A stretch of DNA of 64,000 nucleotides from Microthyrium microscopicum (GCA_010405405.1 MU004241.1:310001-374000), one strand, 5' to 3'; shown: positions 12,373-25,830, counted from the first letter of the stretch. Notes: generated by a model not told the origin, from the letters alone. Translations and numbers: made by a program.

Positions 12373-13346
12373 TCAACCGATTGGGGTGACAGAGATTTTG
12401 TCCATATTTCTCTTTTCCACACTCCAGCCATCGTTCTCTGCTCCTTTGCCAGCGAAGAACTCTGAGCTGCTGTTTCCCCCACGAAGCGTGAAGTCGAGCC
12501 ATTTCCACATAGCAGTGCCAAATTTACCTCCTTTTGCTTGAGTATAGGTAGCCATATGCCCGACTGGCAAGTTTCCTTTCCACGCTGGGGTAGTACTTGG
12601 GAGAACCTTGTAGTTAGCTTCCCCGTTCTCGAATGCGATATCTGTTTTTCCGCCCAAGAAGTAGAATATTGGTCGATTCATTTTGGTAACAATCTCCATG
12701 TCCTTTTTCGAAGTTGACGTGAAGAAGCCAGAGTTGAAGATGCCGATCGTCTTGACCGCTGGATCCTGGGAAGCATAATAGCTTCATTTATTATCAGTCA
12801 CAGTCTCACTCCATTACCGCACCTAGGAGCGACTCACGATTCAAGGCCACCACAAGATTGGCCAGCCACAGCGATACGAGAGCCATCCAAGTTGGCGTAT
12901 TTTCCTTTTCCGGCGTTCTTTGCAATCCATGCTAACGCCTCCTTTTGGAGTTTGATATCGGCACCCATGCCTGCCTGACGGCGAACCTTCTTGCCTTTTC
13001 CTCCTTTACCTCCTTTTCCTCCAAATCCACCAAATCCACCGCCTGACAGCTTTCCCATGGCGATGATCATGATGCCATGAGCAGCGGTCTCATCTAGTGC
13101 TGGCTTATGCTGCTTTCCACCTATGGCACATCAGTGACTGCAGCTTCATCAAAGTAACATGCCTAGTGAATTACCATCATGCATACAGCCGCCACTTCCA
13201 AAGACCAACACAGGCACTTTACCAGTGGACTGGGGCATGTAGATGGTGTGGGAGCTAAGCCCATCAGCTGAGCCATCATAAACCTTTGCTGCACCTTGAG
13301 CAGAGGCGTAAGCTGCCAGAGACAGCAGAGCGACAGAGGTTCGCAT
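12373..13346 (-). CDS. Secreted alpha/beta-hydrolase (GQSCGG nucleophile elbow); 3 exons
   Basis: Signal peptide MRTSVALLSLAAYASAQ, VPVLVFGSGGC, AVAGQSCGGLE, GIFNSG, FLGGKTDIA (Asp) and GHMATY (His). Confidence 0.88.
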
Positions 13347-15238
13347 AATTGCAATACAGTAACGGGAGAAATGAGTGTGGGCTTGGAAATGCTGTCGCAA
13401 ACGTTCAACAGAAGTGCACAAACTCGATTAAAAGCCTAAAGGGCAACGCTGTAGTGAAATTAAAGAGTATAATCACTATTAAAAGAAAACGCAGGAATGA
13501 GATGACCCCAACATCCTATTGCTCAGAACCTTCAAGGCTTGTACTATAGCTATGGCTCGGACGAGCCGAATCACATATAAACCTTCTATACGTATTGCGA
13601 GGTAGGATATTAGACCGGGACTCGGTTTCTTGGCTCTGACCGTAGGCCTGGTATTCACGGTCTTTGAAAATACGATGCTGGCTTGTCTGAGCAAAACTGG
13701 TTTCTTTTCCTACCAAGATCCATTCTAGTGATTGCCTGACGAGGATAGGCTCTATGATACTGTACTGGCCTCAACTAACCTGCCCACCGCTAGTTCTGAC
13801 AGTCGTCTATATTTTGTGTCCGCCATATACTGAACGGACGTCAATTTCTCGCCCTTAGGAATGTGTTGGGGTTGGGTCTATATTGGTCGGACACTCAAAG
13901 ATATATGAGCCTTACTTTTTTCTGATTAGATCGTTTCAAGTTGTATAAACCTTCCAATAGCTTTATAGGGTAAAATCGTTGTACGAAATGATGCCCAGGT
14001 GCATTTTGCAGCATGACCCTACCGCATGATTCAAGTGCCATATTGCCACATATATGGTCTGGAAGTCTACAAGCAGATTGCCATTATTACAGAATTGCAA
14101 TAACGTCTGCTCCTTCAAACTATCATGAGCTTGCTCATCTAAGTATTATTATTACTTTTCGAACGCCTTGATCAGTAAAATACGTACCTACCTACCTAGG
14201 TACCTAGATAGTGTAGATTTAGGTGCTCAGTACTAACAGGTCAATGGCCTAGGAATCTTCAAACAGGGTGGTATATCCTCTAGCAATCTACTTTACTGGA
14301 CGAACAATGTGAAGAAGTATCTAGGGTTTGCACCCTAGATCCTCAGTTAGTCTTTCTGCGCAGGAAAAAACGGATCTCGTTCCATACTATCACTACCCAA
14401 CGGCCATCTCTCCCGGCTTCGATCAATTGATACCACTATTTGCTACTTAGTTAGGTAGGCAAACAATACTTCAGTAAGACATTTCCATCATATTTATTGT
14501 CCTGGAAAGTAGGCGTGTATTAGAGTCTAGCCGACTGGCCTATAAGAATCCAGATCTCAACATGGCTTGCAACTTACGAGTCGTATTTTGGTTGCGTGCT
14601 GACGATAGTCGACCCGCCAATTTTTCGGGTTTGGGCATTTGTGTACTTGATGACATTGCCTCTCTAAGTCAAAGACTCCCGATGGAAGCTATCATTTGAG
14701 ATTTCAACTTCGAGTGAAACCGAATGAAACAACTTTTAGAATCAATAAGGCTCTCCGTCAAAATATATGGTCAGTTGGTCATCAATGAGCAGGTATTTAA
14801 ACTTCAGTCTTTCCAGGCATTCGACATATCAGAGGCGAGGAACACAGACGAAAATGTTTTTGCAGAGTGTTTGTCCACACAAACCAGAAGTCCTGATAAG
14901 TTTGAAGGAAACAGTCCGTTGGAATAAGAACCTAGAATCAAATCACGGAATACAAGCTGTGGACTTCGTTCGCATCGTCTTTCAAGATAACCGTTTGTGG
15001 CAACTGGTGTGATAAATAATTAGTATGATAGGATGCGCATGACAGATGCATAGGAAGCGACATTCATTTTTTATTGACATGGTCAAGTCAATTCTTCTCT
15101 TTCTATAGGTTACACATACTCTTTGGAATCATACCTCTCACAGATTTGGTATGAGTCGAGCCACAAAGAGTCACTCTGATGATCAATATCACCACAACTT
15201 CATTTAAATTGTATAGGTATATTGGATATCGAATGAGA

Positions 15239-16099
15239 CTACTGTTTCCAGACCTCAGGACCTGGGAAAGTATACGAATTGAGATTTGCTGCGATATTGA
15301 AAACAATTCCTGGGGTAGTTGGTTTATAAAACTGTGTTGCTGGAACTCCAGCAGGTAATGAAGCGGTGCCTCCGCCGACAACTTTCAGATTGAAACACTG
15401 CGGATAATTTTGAGCACCCCCTACAGTTCCGGCGGTATGCAAAGCAATGATTTCATTCCGAAGAACGTAGTTTCCAGACTTTAAGCTTTTTGGAATGGTG
15501 ACTTCCCATGTGTTGTTATTCTTGATCAGATAGTCCGTGGCAAATTGATATGAAGATGGTCCACCAGGCTTCATCAAACCCGTTTGATCAATTTTGGTGA
15601 ACTTGAGCTGGAGCGGCTTCGCAGATGTGCATTCCCCGACGCAAGGCGCAATATAATCTAATATTGGACCATGATGAGAGTCGGGCCATTTGGTCCAGTG
15701 CACTTTTACTTTACTACCAGCCGTGACTTCGGCATAAGCTTCTCCAGGTTTGGGATTGTCATGGCAAGCAATGTCAACCTGATGGGTTTGGTACATTAGA
15801 GAAGGAAGTGAATGAGGATTATCGTCGTAATTGGACTTACCGTATTGAAGTGATCAGGTGTGATGCCTCCTTGGCCATATCCGCCAGCAGACCACGCAGG
15901 AACCTTTGGCTTTGGGTTCATGTACTGAAAATTGGGAGAGTAACTGCATCTTATGATCAATGTCTATTGACTTTCGAAGATTATGATGAGAAATGAATTA
16001 CCCTTCGTAGAACTTTCCGTTCGCCGTTAATCCTTGAACATGGCCATGCGCCTTGACTTCAATAGCACAAAGTAACAGAGTCACAAATGTTGAGATCAT
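15239..16099 (-). CDS. AA9 lytic polysaccharide monooxygenase (catalytic domain only); 3 exons
   Basis: Signal peptide MISTFVTLLLCAIEVKA followed by His1 (HGHVQG). Also DIACH, WPDSHHGP (second His), EIIALH, GAQNYPQC (axial Tyr) and a C-terminal PGP. Confidence 0.95.
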
Positions 16100-18437
16100 G
16101 TTGACAATAACGAACTTATTGATTGAGTAATCGAATGACTTCTAGGGAACTTGAAAGCAATGTAATTAATGCACAGCCAGCGCTGGAGGAGTCGTTTTCC
16201 CCTCAACTTCCCCATGATCTTTTGAAGAATTGTATTCGGTTTCCACCCTTGGAGACATCAACGTATTGCAGGCGGTGTTTAATTTCCGAGTTGATGCAAA
16301 TAGTTCCTCCGCACCAATGACACGATAGGGATGTGTATACATGGCCTGGAAGGGCAGGCAAAACTATATGCTTGAAACTCATGATGTGAAAAAACGCAAG
16401 AATTGGTCACAACAAAGCAGCAATGCATCATTTATAGTCATGAAATACTTCTTTCAGGAATGCATATCAATGGGGATTCAGTTTCAATATCTCCTACGAA
16501 GACTTAGGAAATCAAAATGATCAGGTTTTATTGTCAAAGGTCGCCACTGTGACTTGGAATTTCTTAATTAACCTCTTACACAGGGCAAGTTTTTTGATGA
16601 TTCCTCACAAAATGGAGTTAATCTATGCTGGGTCAACCTCGAAAACCAGACCATTGTGCCACTCGCAGAACATGCTTTATTTCTTTCGATAGGTTAAGTA
16701 CTTGTTAGCTCATGCTGAATTGAGCCTCAATGCGCTAGGAAATGAGGGAAGCTTGTCAGAGCCCGAACAAATACGATACAGAACCAATTCGAAGGCGATT
16801 TGCAGTCAAGCTCAGTATGCATCGCTTGTATTAGCTCAGATCCATTTTATTTGACATCACCAAGATGGATGATGTGGAGATCGCGGCTATCTGCATATAC
16901 GCCAGCTCATATGCCCTAGCACGTTATGTTAGACTGTGAGGAAGAACTTGATGCTACAGTATATCTCTGGAGGACGCGTGATGCTCTACTAAAGGCTCAA
17001 TGATACCATGGACCATGTCCAGTGATCAGGATTTGTACTCTTGCTACTGTCAAGATCTTGGCTGTTCACGTATACAGAGATTGGCTAGTTCCGATGCTCT
17101 AGAATGGGGCGAAGTGGCTATTTAAAAAGAGAGGCAGGATCTGACTGAAAAGATCCTCGCCGAGCGATTTGTGTAATATCTCCAGGTCATAATGGATTGA
17201 TGATCTTGTGTCATTATCATTCAGATTCATAAATGTACTGGAACCAGAACACTGCCATCTCCACAATCTAAAAGTCCACCACTCAACCGGAACTACAACT
17301 CCATAGAAAAGATAGCGAAGCGGCTTTTGGCAGTAAAGTTGCAATTTCCCAAGTGGCTGCCACGCGGGAGAATCAGACTCATGATCTAGGGCGGGCTACC
17401 CTAGCAGATTTATATTAACATTCCATCCTATGTGCCTGACAATCTATATGATCGACGCGAAATGGGGAAAGGCAAAGCTTTTGGACGTTCTAAGCACCAA
17501 TAACGGCGCAGTGATATATTGTCCTTGCTCTTGTTAGGCTTGTTTGAGGCGTGCGGGTATTTGAAGAAGACTTGAATGAGAAGCTCGATACATCAACAGA
17601 ACCAAATCCTAGATGACTTGACAAGGCTCATAGTATCTGAGATTCTCCCGAAAGACCCAAACAAATCTGATAGTCATCTTGTGCTACTCAAGCACCGACA
17701 AACTAGAACCACAAGTAGCTGTGGCACTTCGAGAGCTTTCCTGCCAAGGCACTGGTGCATTATATTTGTCCGTAGCCCAGTAGATAAGAGCAGGAGTACT
17801 TTAAATACCCATGCTGGTACCTGGCATGATCCACGCGACTACACCAGGCTAACATCCAGAACCTCTTGCAAAGCGAGATTGATTCGGCGAAATCACCAAC
17901 ATCTCAGGGCCACACGGGCCAAAATGAGCCATGTGAGCAATATGAGCACCATAACAGAGCTGTTCTGCCATGCTCGAAGACAGGATCTAAGATTTACACA
18001 GGCCCAGACCCAACGATCTGTGCTTGAACTTGCTCCCTTCCACGCCCTGCTGACCCCATGAGAATGAACTGAATGATTTGAACGAGCTAGAAATTTTGCT
18101 TCCATGTTACCGCCAAGATAACATATAACATCTTTTCGTCTTCTGGGCCGTAGTCGTTGCTGGTGACACGCGCGTTTCTTGTGTTCTGAAATTACATGCC
18201 AATTTTCGACGTTGTTCGTCGGACTTTTTCGTTTCCGGCTCGAGGTGCTATATTGTCACTGTTATATCTCTTTGATATCCAAACCAAACTCTGCTATCTT
18301 CACTACACCAAGACAAAGATAAGAAAGACAAGCTCGCTCCACCGTCGACTAGTTCTCAAGACAAAGCCAAGAACAGAAAACCAGGACCCATCACACCCGT
18401 CTCAACCAGCCCACGGGCTCAACACACAACCGTCACA

Positions 18438-19667
18438 ATGAAGTCAACAAGAGCAACCACCGCTCTCCTCCTAACATACACAACCCTCACCCTCGCCGCA
18501 CCACAATCGCAACCCCTTCAAAGACGACAAGACAAGCCCGCCGACGCCGCCGCCCAACCACCCCAATACATAGCCCAACTCACCACAACCAGCACCCGCG
18601 CCCTCGAATGCAAAAACTGCCCCTACGCCAGCTGTCTCAACGCCAAAGCCTACCCCGCCAACAATGAGATGACATTCTCCTGCTGGACAGCCCCAAAGTC
18701 CGCCGCGCCAGAGACACAGGAAGAGACGTGGGTGAAGTACGCATATGGCACACATAATGGCGACTTTTGCTACGTTTCGGCGACTTCTTTGTCGGAACCA
18801 GATCCTCTCTCCATTCGCTCTCGTTTACCGCATTGTGGGTCACGGAGTGCGTTAAACTTTTATCTGCCGCATGCGAGCACGACTACGGAGTTGCGGACGG
18901 AGTGTAGTTTGTGTCCGTTTCGTGAGTGTCCGGGCGTGTCGTTTTATCAGGCGGGCGTGAGTTTGGATGTGAATTGTGTAGTCTCGGATGGCTGGCGCCA
19001 GGTTAGTCCGACGCATGAGAATGGGACGAGCAAATACTACAGAGTGGCTGGCGAGAATAACTGCTACGTGAGCGCGAGTACAGTCAAAGAAGTTCCTATG
19101 ACGCAGGTGCTCATCAGTGGGAGTGGGACGACAGCGGTGATGCAGAGCAGTGAGATATTACCGCCTTGTGGACCGATTCCAAAGTTGAAGGCGGAGGATG
19201 TGCCAGGACTCAAGTTGCCAGCGGCGAAATTGGCGGCGGCGGCTTCGGCGAGGCATACGATTGCATTGGCACCGGCGGTGGGCAAGATGGAGCCATCGGC
19301 GAGCGTGGCGAACAATGTGGCGCATATGCCGACTGAACAAGCGGTTGTGTCAGTCGCAGCGAAGCATTCGATTGCGTTGGCGCCAGCCGTGTCATTTGCG
19401 ACGGTAGTGAGCTCACGGCATTCCATTGCGCTCGCTCCCGCGATCTCACCCGCGAAGATAGAGGCAAAGGAGGCTACGGCTGCAGTGAAGGTCGCGCAGG
19501 CAGAACAGACGCATGAAGCAGTGTTTGTGCCAGTCTTTATACCAGCGGACGTGGCCACGAAGCAGTCGATTGCGCTGGCACCAGCAGCGACACCAACAAG
19601 ACACTCGATAGCACTGGCGCCAGCCGTATCGTTTGCAGTGGCGGCCGAGGGAACGGGTTCCATATGA
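18438..19667 (+). CDS. Secreted protein with two Cys-rich SH3-like modules and an Ala-rich C-terminal repeat region
   Basis: Signal peptide, then a QRRQ dibasic site, two CxxCPxxxC...C...CYVS modules and five (R/K)(H/Q)(S/T)IALAPA repeats. Intronless, 409 aa. Confidence 0.85.
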   Translation: MKSTRATTALLLTYTTLTLAAPQSQPLQRRQDKPADAAAQPPQYIAQLTTTSTRALECKNCPYASCLNAKAYPANNEMTFSCWTAPKSAAPETQEETWVKYAYGTHNGDFCYVSATSLSEPDPLSIRSRLPHCGSRSALNFYLPHASTTTELRTECSLCPFRECPGVSFYQAGVSLDVNCVVSDGWRQVSPTHENGTSKYYRVAGENNCYVSASTVKEVPMTQVLISGSGTTAVMQSSEILPPCGPIPKLKAEDVPGLKLPAAKLAAAASARHTIALAPAVGKMEPSASVANNVAHMPTEQAVVSVAAKHSIALAPAVSFATVVSSRHSIALAPAISPAKIEAKEATAAVKVAQAEQTHEAVFVPVFIPADVATKQSIALAPAATPTRHSIALAPAVSFAVAAEGTGSI

Positions 19668-20118
19668 GGTATTGGGATGTCGTTAGAATACGCATCTACG
19701 CGGCAAGGTTAGTTTGGAGTTCAATGGGTTGTTAGCATTTCTTGGGGTTCAGCGATAAGAGCATACGGCATGCGCCGGCACAACAGCTGTTTAATGCATA
19801 CATGTGGTTACTATTGGTTGCTAGCATCAATGTTTACACTAGAGTCTAGAACTATAATGAAACATTACTAGAAGAGTTGAGTATGAGTTTATCAGCTCCC
19901 TAAAACGAATTGAATCTTTCAGGCAAGGTGATATTGAAGCCTAGCACGACAGTACTTATGCGCTTTTACGACTCTAAGAGCTGACATTTCCCCATGGAGG
20001 CGATGTTAATTTAATTCTGTGAGCCTTGAGGCAAACCAACCGGTTTTGAGTCAACAATGCCGTCTCCCTTCCAGTCTATTTGTTCGTCATGTCGTTAAAT
20101 CATACCGGTGTCATTGAG

Positions 20119-21843
20119 TTACCACTCAGTGACGTTTTCGGGGTAGTAAGCAGGAACGAGTTCCTCCTTACGTCCCTTTTCCAAGTTGGTAGGATTGAAT
20201 ATGTGCCATTCGACAATGTCTCTCGCTGCGAGAGCGTCTTCCTTGCTGTCGTGTCCAAACGAGTTCTGTATCGGTCGACCAAGTCGAATCATAGCCAATG
20301 TCTTGAGGGAAAGCCGGCCCGAACCTTTGGGTTTTCTAGGCTTCTTGGTATCCCCATTCTTAGCCTGAGCAGTCGGTTCCTCTTCAACCCGCAGTGGAGC
20401 TGCGGCCTCAGATATGTCCATCTTCGGGACATAGTCGGGTGAGATGGAAACCTTTAGTCTTTCTTCTTCTATTTCAGCAATGCGCTGTGCCTCAGCTTTG
20501 ACCATCAGATCTTCCAGGACAAACGAGTCAACGATACAATCGTGAATCCAGCGAAGGGAGAGAAGATCGTTGTGAACAGAGTGGCCAATGACAACGGTGT
20601 CTGGTGCAATAAACTTGAAAACCTCTCGTCTTGCAGAATCAGTGCCCATCAAACAGGTTCCTTGCCGGAAAGCATAGTTCATTGCTGATGCGGTGACACC
20701 AGAGTATTTAGTATTGAAGTGGGCCATTCGTGCTTCTGGCCAGACCAGTTTGTCTAGCAGAACTTGACGAGAGTCGTAATCGATGACAGTGACGCGAATT
20801 AGTTCAGATTCTCCAAGTACAGACATGCCCATTTCACAATCTATTGCAATGGCCGATTTGATGGATGCTGGACTTGGGTGCTGGCCGTCTGCGACAGAAG
20901 GTGTACGATGTAGTTGCCATCGTCGTTGGATGTCTTCCAGATCCGAGTCGGCCAAATGATGATACTCGCTCCCAGAGCACGGTTTGGAATACTGACCAGG
21001 AGGCGCCCCGCAACAGCTCCAGCGTCCGTGAAATACAGTTCCAGTGTGATATTTGCATCTCAAGATGGGTGGCTGATCCTTTTCCTTAGGTCTTCGATTG
21101 TAGTCTTCAACGCTTTCCTCGTCATCAGATTCGGGATCGTTCCGGACTTTCTTCCAGGCAATTTTGCATTTTGAACATCTTCGTTTTGAGAGAAGGGCGT
21201 GGTTATCCAATGGCTGTAGTGTGAATGGATACTTTGTCAGTATGCTACGGCTATGAACGAGGGAACGCAATTTGGCCAAATGGGCATCGTCCACTAGCTG
21301 GTGAACAAATGGAGTTTCCGGAGGTTGAGGATCATCCACGGTCTGGAAGCTGGGAGGGATAAATCTAGCATTACCACCACGAAGCGGTAGCTTGGCTGGT
21401 AGAGTAGTTCCGCCCATTGACTCAGCTTGGAAGAGGGTCGGAGGCATTGCACCTTGTGATTGAGAGCCTGGAGTAGAGTTGGAGCTGTTCAAAGTTTGAC
21501 GAGAAAATGATTCAGCCGATATGATCGGAGGGTTGTCAATAGTCATGGAAGAAAATCCTCTGGTCAATTCGGTAGGCTGCTGTCCTCGTCTACCCCGGCG
21601 CGGCTCTGACTGGAATGCACCTCTGGCACTCCCATTACTACCTCCATGGTAGACGAGCGGCGGTGGAGCATTGGACCAGTCATTCCGTGATGTGGTTGCA
21701 TGGCTAGTGGAGTTTGATGGCGTTCTTGCGGCATTTGCCGAGTCAAAAGCTTTTGAATTTCCATATCGAGGCGGGCGTCTGGGGCCTTGGCCTCGTCCGC
21801 GTCCTCGTCCAGGTGGTGATGTGGTTGGTTGATTGTTAGGCAT
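20119..21843 (-). CDS. REX3: DEDDh RNA exonuclease, Rex1/Rex3-like
   Basis: AIDCEMG (ExoI), NTKYSGVT, VIGHSVHNDL (ExoII), LSLKTLA...IQ and GHDSKEDALAARD (ExoIII). A Cys/His cluster lies upstream. Confidence 0.85.
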   Translation of the reverse strand: MPNNQPTTSPPGRGRGRGQGPRRPPRYGNSKAFDSANAARTPSNSTSHATTSRNDWSNAPPPLVYHGGSNGSARGAFQSEPRRGRRGQQPTELTRGFSSMTIDNPPIISAESFSRQTLNSSNSTPGSQSQGAMPPTLFQAESMGGTTLPAKLPLRGGNARFIPPSFQTVDDPQPPETPFVHQLVDDAHLAKLRSLVHSRSILTKYPFTLQPLDNHALLSKRRCSKCKIAWKKVRNDPESDDEESVEDYNRRPKEKDQPPILRCKYHTGTVFHGRWSCCGAPPGQYSKPCSGSEYHHLADSDLEDIQRRWQLHRTPSVADGQHPSPASIKSAIAIDCEMGMSVLGESELIRVTVIDYDSRQVLLDKLVWPEARMAHFNTKYSGVTASAMNYAFRQGTCLMGTDSARREVFKFIAPDTVVIGHSVHNDLLSLRWIHDCIVDSFVLEDLMVKAEAQRIAEIEEERLKVSISPDYVPKMDISEAAAPLRVEEEPTAQAKNGDTKKPRKPKGSGRLSLKTLAMIRLGRPIQNSFGHDSKEDALAARDIVEWHIFNPTNLEKGRKEELVPAYYPENVTEW

Positions 21844-22425
21844 GTTAGCTATAAAGGCGGTCGAGTCATAGATGCAGGATGAAGAGTTTGAAAGAGAAAG
21901 CGAAAATGTCGAGATGTGCGAGAGGTAAGTGGCGGCATGAAAGCGGGAGAAGGTGAAGGATTTTATACTGAGTTGGATTGAGAAGTAGTTTCGTAACTCA
22001 AATTCTCAAAATGGAAAGGGCGAGTGCTACAGTAGTGCTGAGTACAGTATTTGGGCAGTTGCAATAGTCAAAAAGAGGAAGAGCAGTTGAGAAGCACAGT
22101 TGAAGCTTTCGAGTCGCTGCATCCTGGTTGGACCGAGTAAGCGCCACTCTGCCAATAACAGTTGAGCTAACATCACTGTCAGATATCTCGAGGGTATGAG
22201 TATTGCGTTCAGTCCCTAAGTCCTCATTAGTAACATACTATCCACGTTTATGTATCCAGGTTTTTTGCGACTTCTCACTATGGAAAATGGGTAAAACCGA
22301 GGTTGAATCGTAATTGCTCAAGTGGTATCTGAGTGAAAAACTAACAAAGCCAAGCCATGAGACACTTCAATCTGCTTCTAATCCTTTCCCCATGCTCTCT
22401 TTTCAAATCGTAATTGTCTGCTGAA

Positions 22426-23306
22426 TCATAGCTTTGGAATCTTGATAGACTTGCTGACCATCATGCAGCCCCACAACGCAAACACTCCAGCAATAGGATG
22501 GAAAGCCAATAATCCGCCCTGATTTACGACACCAAATGGCAATGCATCATGGACCCAGCCGCGCTGAACCCAGAAAGCCATTGCACCAGCTATACTCAGC
22601 GATGTTGGAATTGGAGTTCCCTCAAAGTATTTCGATTTTCCTGTTGCATCCTTTGGCAAGTGCGTAACTGTAACATTGAAGCGAGCTAGCCGAGTGAGAC
22701 CACTGAGAACGAAGAAGGTTAGGAGAAGAGTGTCGACTGTGGTCTGCAGGCCCATGGAGAAGGCACAGACAGCTGGTGCGACGCCAAACGAGATCTTGGT
22801 TCGGTTAGTAATGACTTAGGCAAGATTGATCAGTAGGCTTACAAGATCAGCCAAGGAATCCAACTCCTGACCGAGCATGCTGCTTTTTCCTCTCCATCTC
22901 GCTACCTTTCCGTCCATGAAATCGAAGAATAAACCAAAAGGCATGAATGCGAGGGCAGCCCAAAGGTAGCCATACTCGGTTGAGGGGCCTTGAACGTATC
23001 GTAGGGAGGAGAAGATGGACATGATGCCACAGAAGCCTGGTGAAGTTAGACATGTCTGCCACTGGCTCAACGAGGATAAGTACCATTTAGTTCTGTGATG
23101 AGGTCGGCGAGATGAAGAGCGCTAGAATCGTGTCAATGGATGGATCGAATCGCAAAGGGTGCTTGTAGCATACCGGATCATGGTGAAGTGACCATTTTGA
23201 GTCGCTAGAAGTCGAGCTTGCTTCTCGTGGGCTACAAGGTGGTCAGAGTGAAGACAAGAACTCAGATACTGGGAACACTAACGCGTCTCCTTGCGATCGG
23301 TTTCAT
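22426..23306 (-). CDS. CHO1: CDP-diacylglycerol--serine O-phosphatidyltransferase (phosphatidylserine synthase)
   Basis: Exons [12 protein letters not shown] / [19 protein letters not shown] / [12 protein letters not shown] / [29 protein letters not shown] (CDP-alcohol phosphotransferase motif) / RLARFN...YFEGTPIP...SKSIKIPKL. Confidence 0.95.
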
Positions 23307-23826
23307 TTGTAGCCTTGTTGACCGAATCGGTGCTTGGTATACGTCGAGACATTGGAATGTATATAGAGGTGTTGTTGAGAAGGAAGTATGGAACGGTTGA
23401 AGGATTATTTTGAAGGTCAGAGGTGTAGGGAACACGGGATATTGTATTGAGAGCACAAGAGGAGCAAGAAGCGGTTATTTGCAGGATAGAATCACAAAAC
23501 AGGTTGTTGACGAAGTGGCTTTGCAGGACGTGACAACGCCCAGACTTTTGGAAATTCTGGTCAATGACGTTACAGGCAAAGTGATAACCCTAGCCCTACA
23601 AGTCTCCCAAATGCCTTCCCACCGGCTACGATGTCCCATCGCCCTTTATAACGAAAGGATGCTTCGAACCCCCGAGGATTCGATGCAGAGTGGAGACTCC
23701 GTGCATTCAATAGGACATGAAGCTATGCTAAAGAATTGGAGGCGTCGAATGCAATCTATGCTGTCGACAGGTTTAAGCGCGAATAAGCGCGGCGGAAAGG
23801 AGCTTCCCTGTCATGGGGCCGGCTAG

Positions 23827-24821
<995 letters not shown>

Positions 24822-25479
24822 TTTGTTGGATATGCGTTGATATACCGAGCAACCTACGCGAACCCTTACTCTTACTATTTAACCTACTGTACTGATTCCT
24901 GTGATATCCATTGCGTACATATTGAGGCGTTGGAGGAGAATGGTTCTTCAGATTGAGTAGTGAGCCTTGCATGGCCATACCCTTAGAGAATGAAGCATTG
25001 TAGTTTGTACTTGGTGTTGTATGAAATTATTTGGACCTTACTTGCTCTACGTGACCATATTCAAAGCAACCACACCTTGAGACGCTTGTTTCCCCCATCA
25101 ACGTACATAGCTCTCATTACCATTATGTCCCATTCAGAGCTAGCTTTCCGCAAAGGATGTCGACTCCTTGGTCATCCACTAAATGCAATGGGAAATAGAC
25201 CATCTTTTCAGATGCGTTGGTGGGAGCCATGGAATCTGATGGGACCATGTCGGTCAATTTGCCAGTCCGTTGACTTGATATATCTCGCCGTGATTTCCAC
25301 CGCACAACCGAGTGATACAATACTAGATGAGAGAATGACTTGCATGTTTAACATGGTCTTGTGCTTGACTGTTGTGCCTGCGTCAGGTCTAGAACATTTG
25401 CCGTATGCAGAATTATTTTCGGAGGCGCTTGGACTAGCGAATTCCTGCGTAGCACCCTTGAATTCGACTTTATTAAGAA

Positions 25480-25830
25480 GAGGGTAAAATAAATAAAAGT
25501 AGGCTTGTTAGAATCTACGTTTAGACACCTCTAGACGTATTTGCTATTTTCTTATTATCTACGTTAGTAAGGGTGTAGTTCTGGTTTAAAAGGAGCCAAA
25601 ATAGCAAAACTAAAGACTTGAAGATGTTGATTTTGATACCAAGACCTGCTAAGATATTGCTAAGACTTAACATTAAAACTTAAGTTTTTAGTACTTTTTG
25701 GCAAAAACTAAGATACCTCTCTTAACACAACGGATAATAAACTAAGCCTTAGATATACTTATAGCTAAGAGGATAAACTTAAAGGTTTAAAAGAGTATAC
25801 CTTAAACAAATAAGTAGTTATACCATAATT
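25480..25830. mobile_element. AT/TpA-rich RIP-degraded repeat relic
   Basis: Abrupt drop in GC, excess TA/TAA/TAG, scarce CA/TG and no ORF. The element family is not identifiable. Confidence 0.6.

Noticed and set aside
14183..14208. TACC/TAGG microsatellite with a palindromic core
   Set aside because: Short low-complexity motif common in fungal intergenic DNA.
15420..15480. AA9 motif reads YVLRNEIIALH instead of the usual RHE
   Set aside because: This position is not a copper ligand. His1, the second His and the axial Tyr are intact.
17576..18061. 161-aa ORF (and similarly 24990-25487 and 59712-60078)
   Set aside because: No recognisable motifs or coding-like composition. They cannot be supported without expression data.
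18438..19667. Dikaritin/KEP RiPP precursor cluster
   Set aside because: The repeats are not flanked by KR/RR sites and no tailoring genes (DUF3328, tyrosinase) are nearby.
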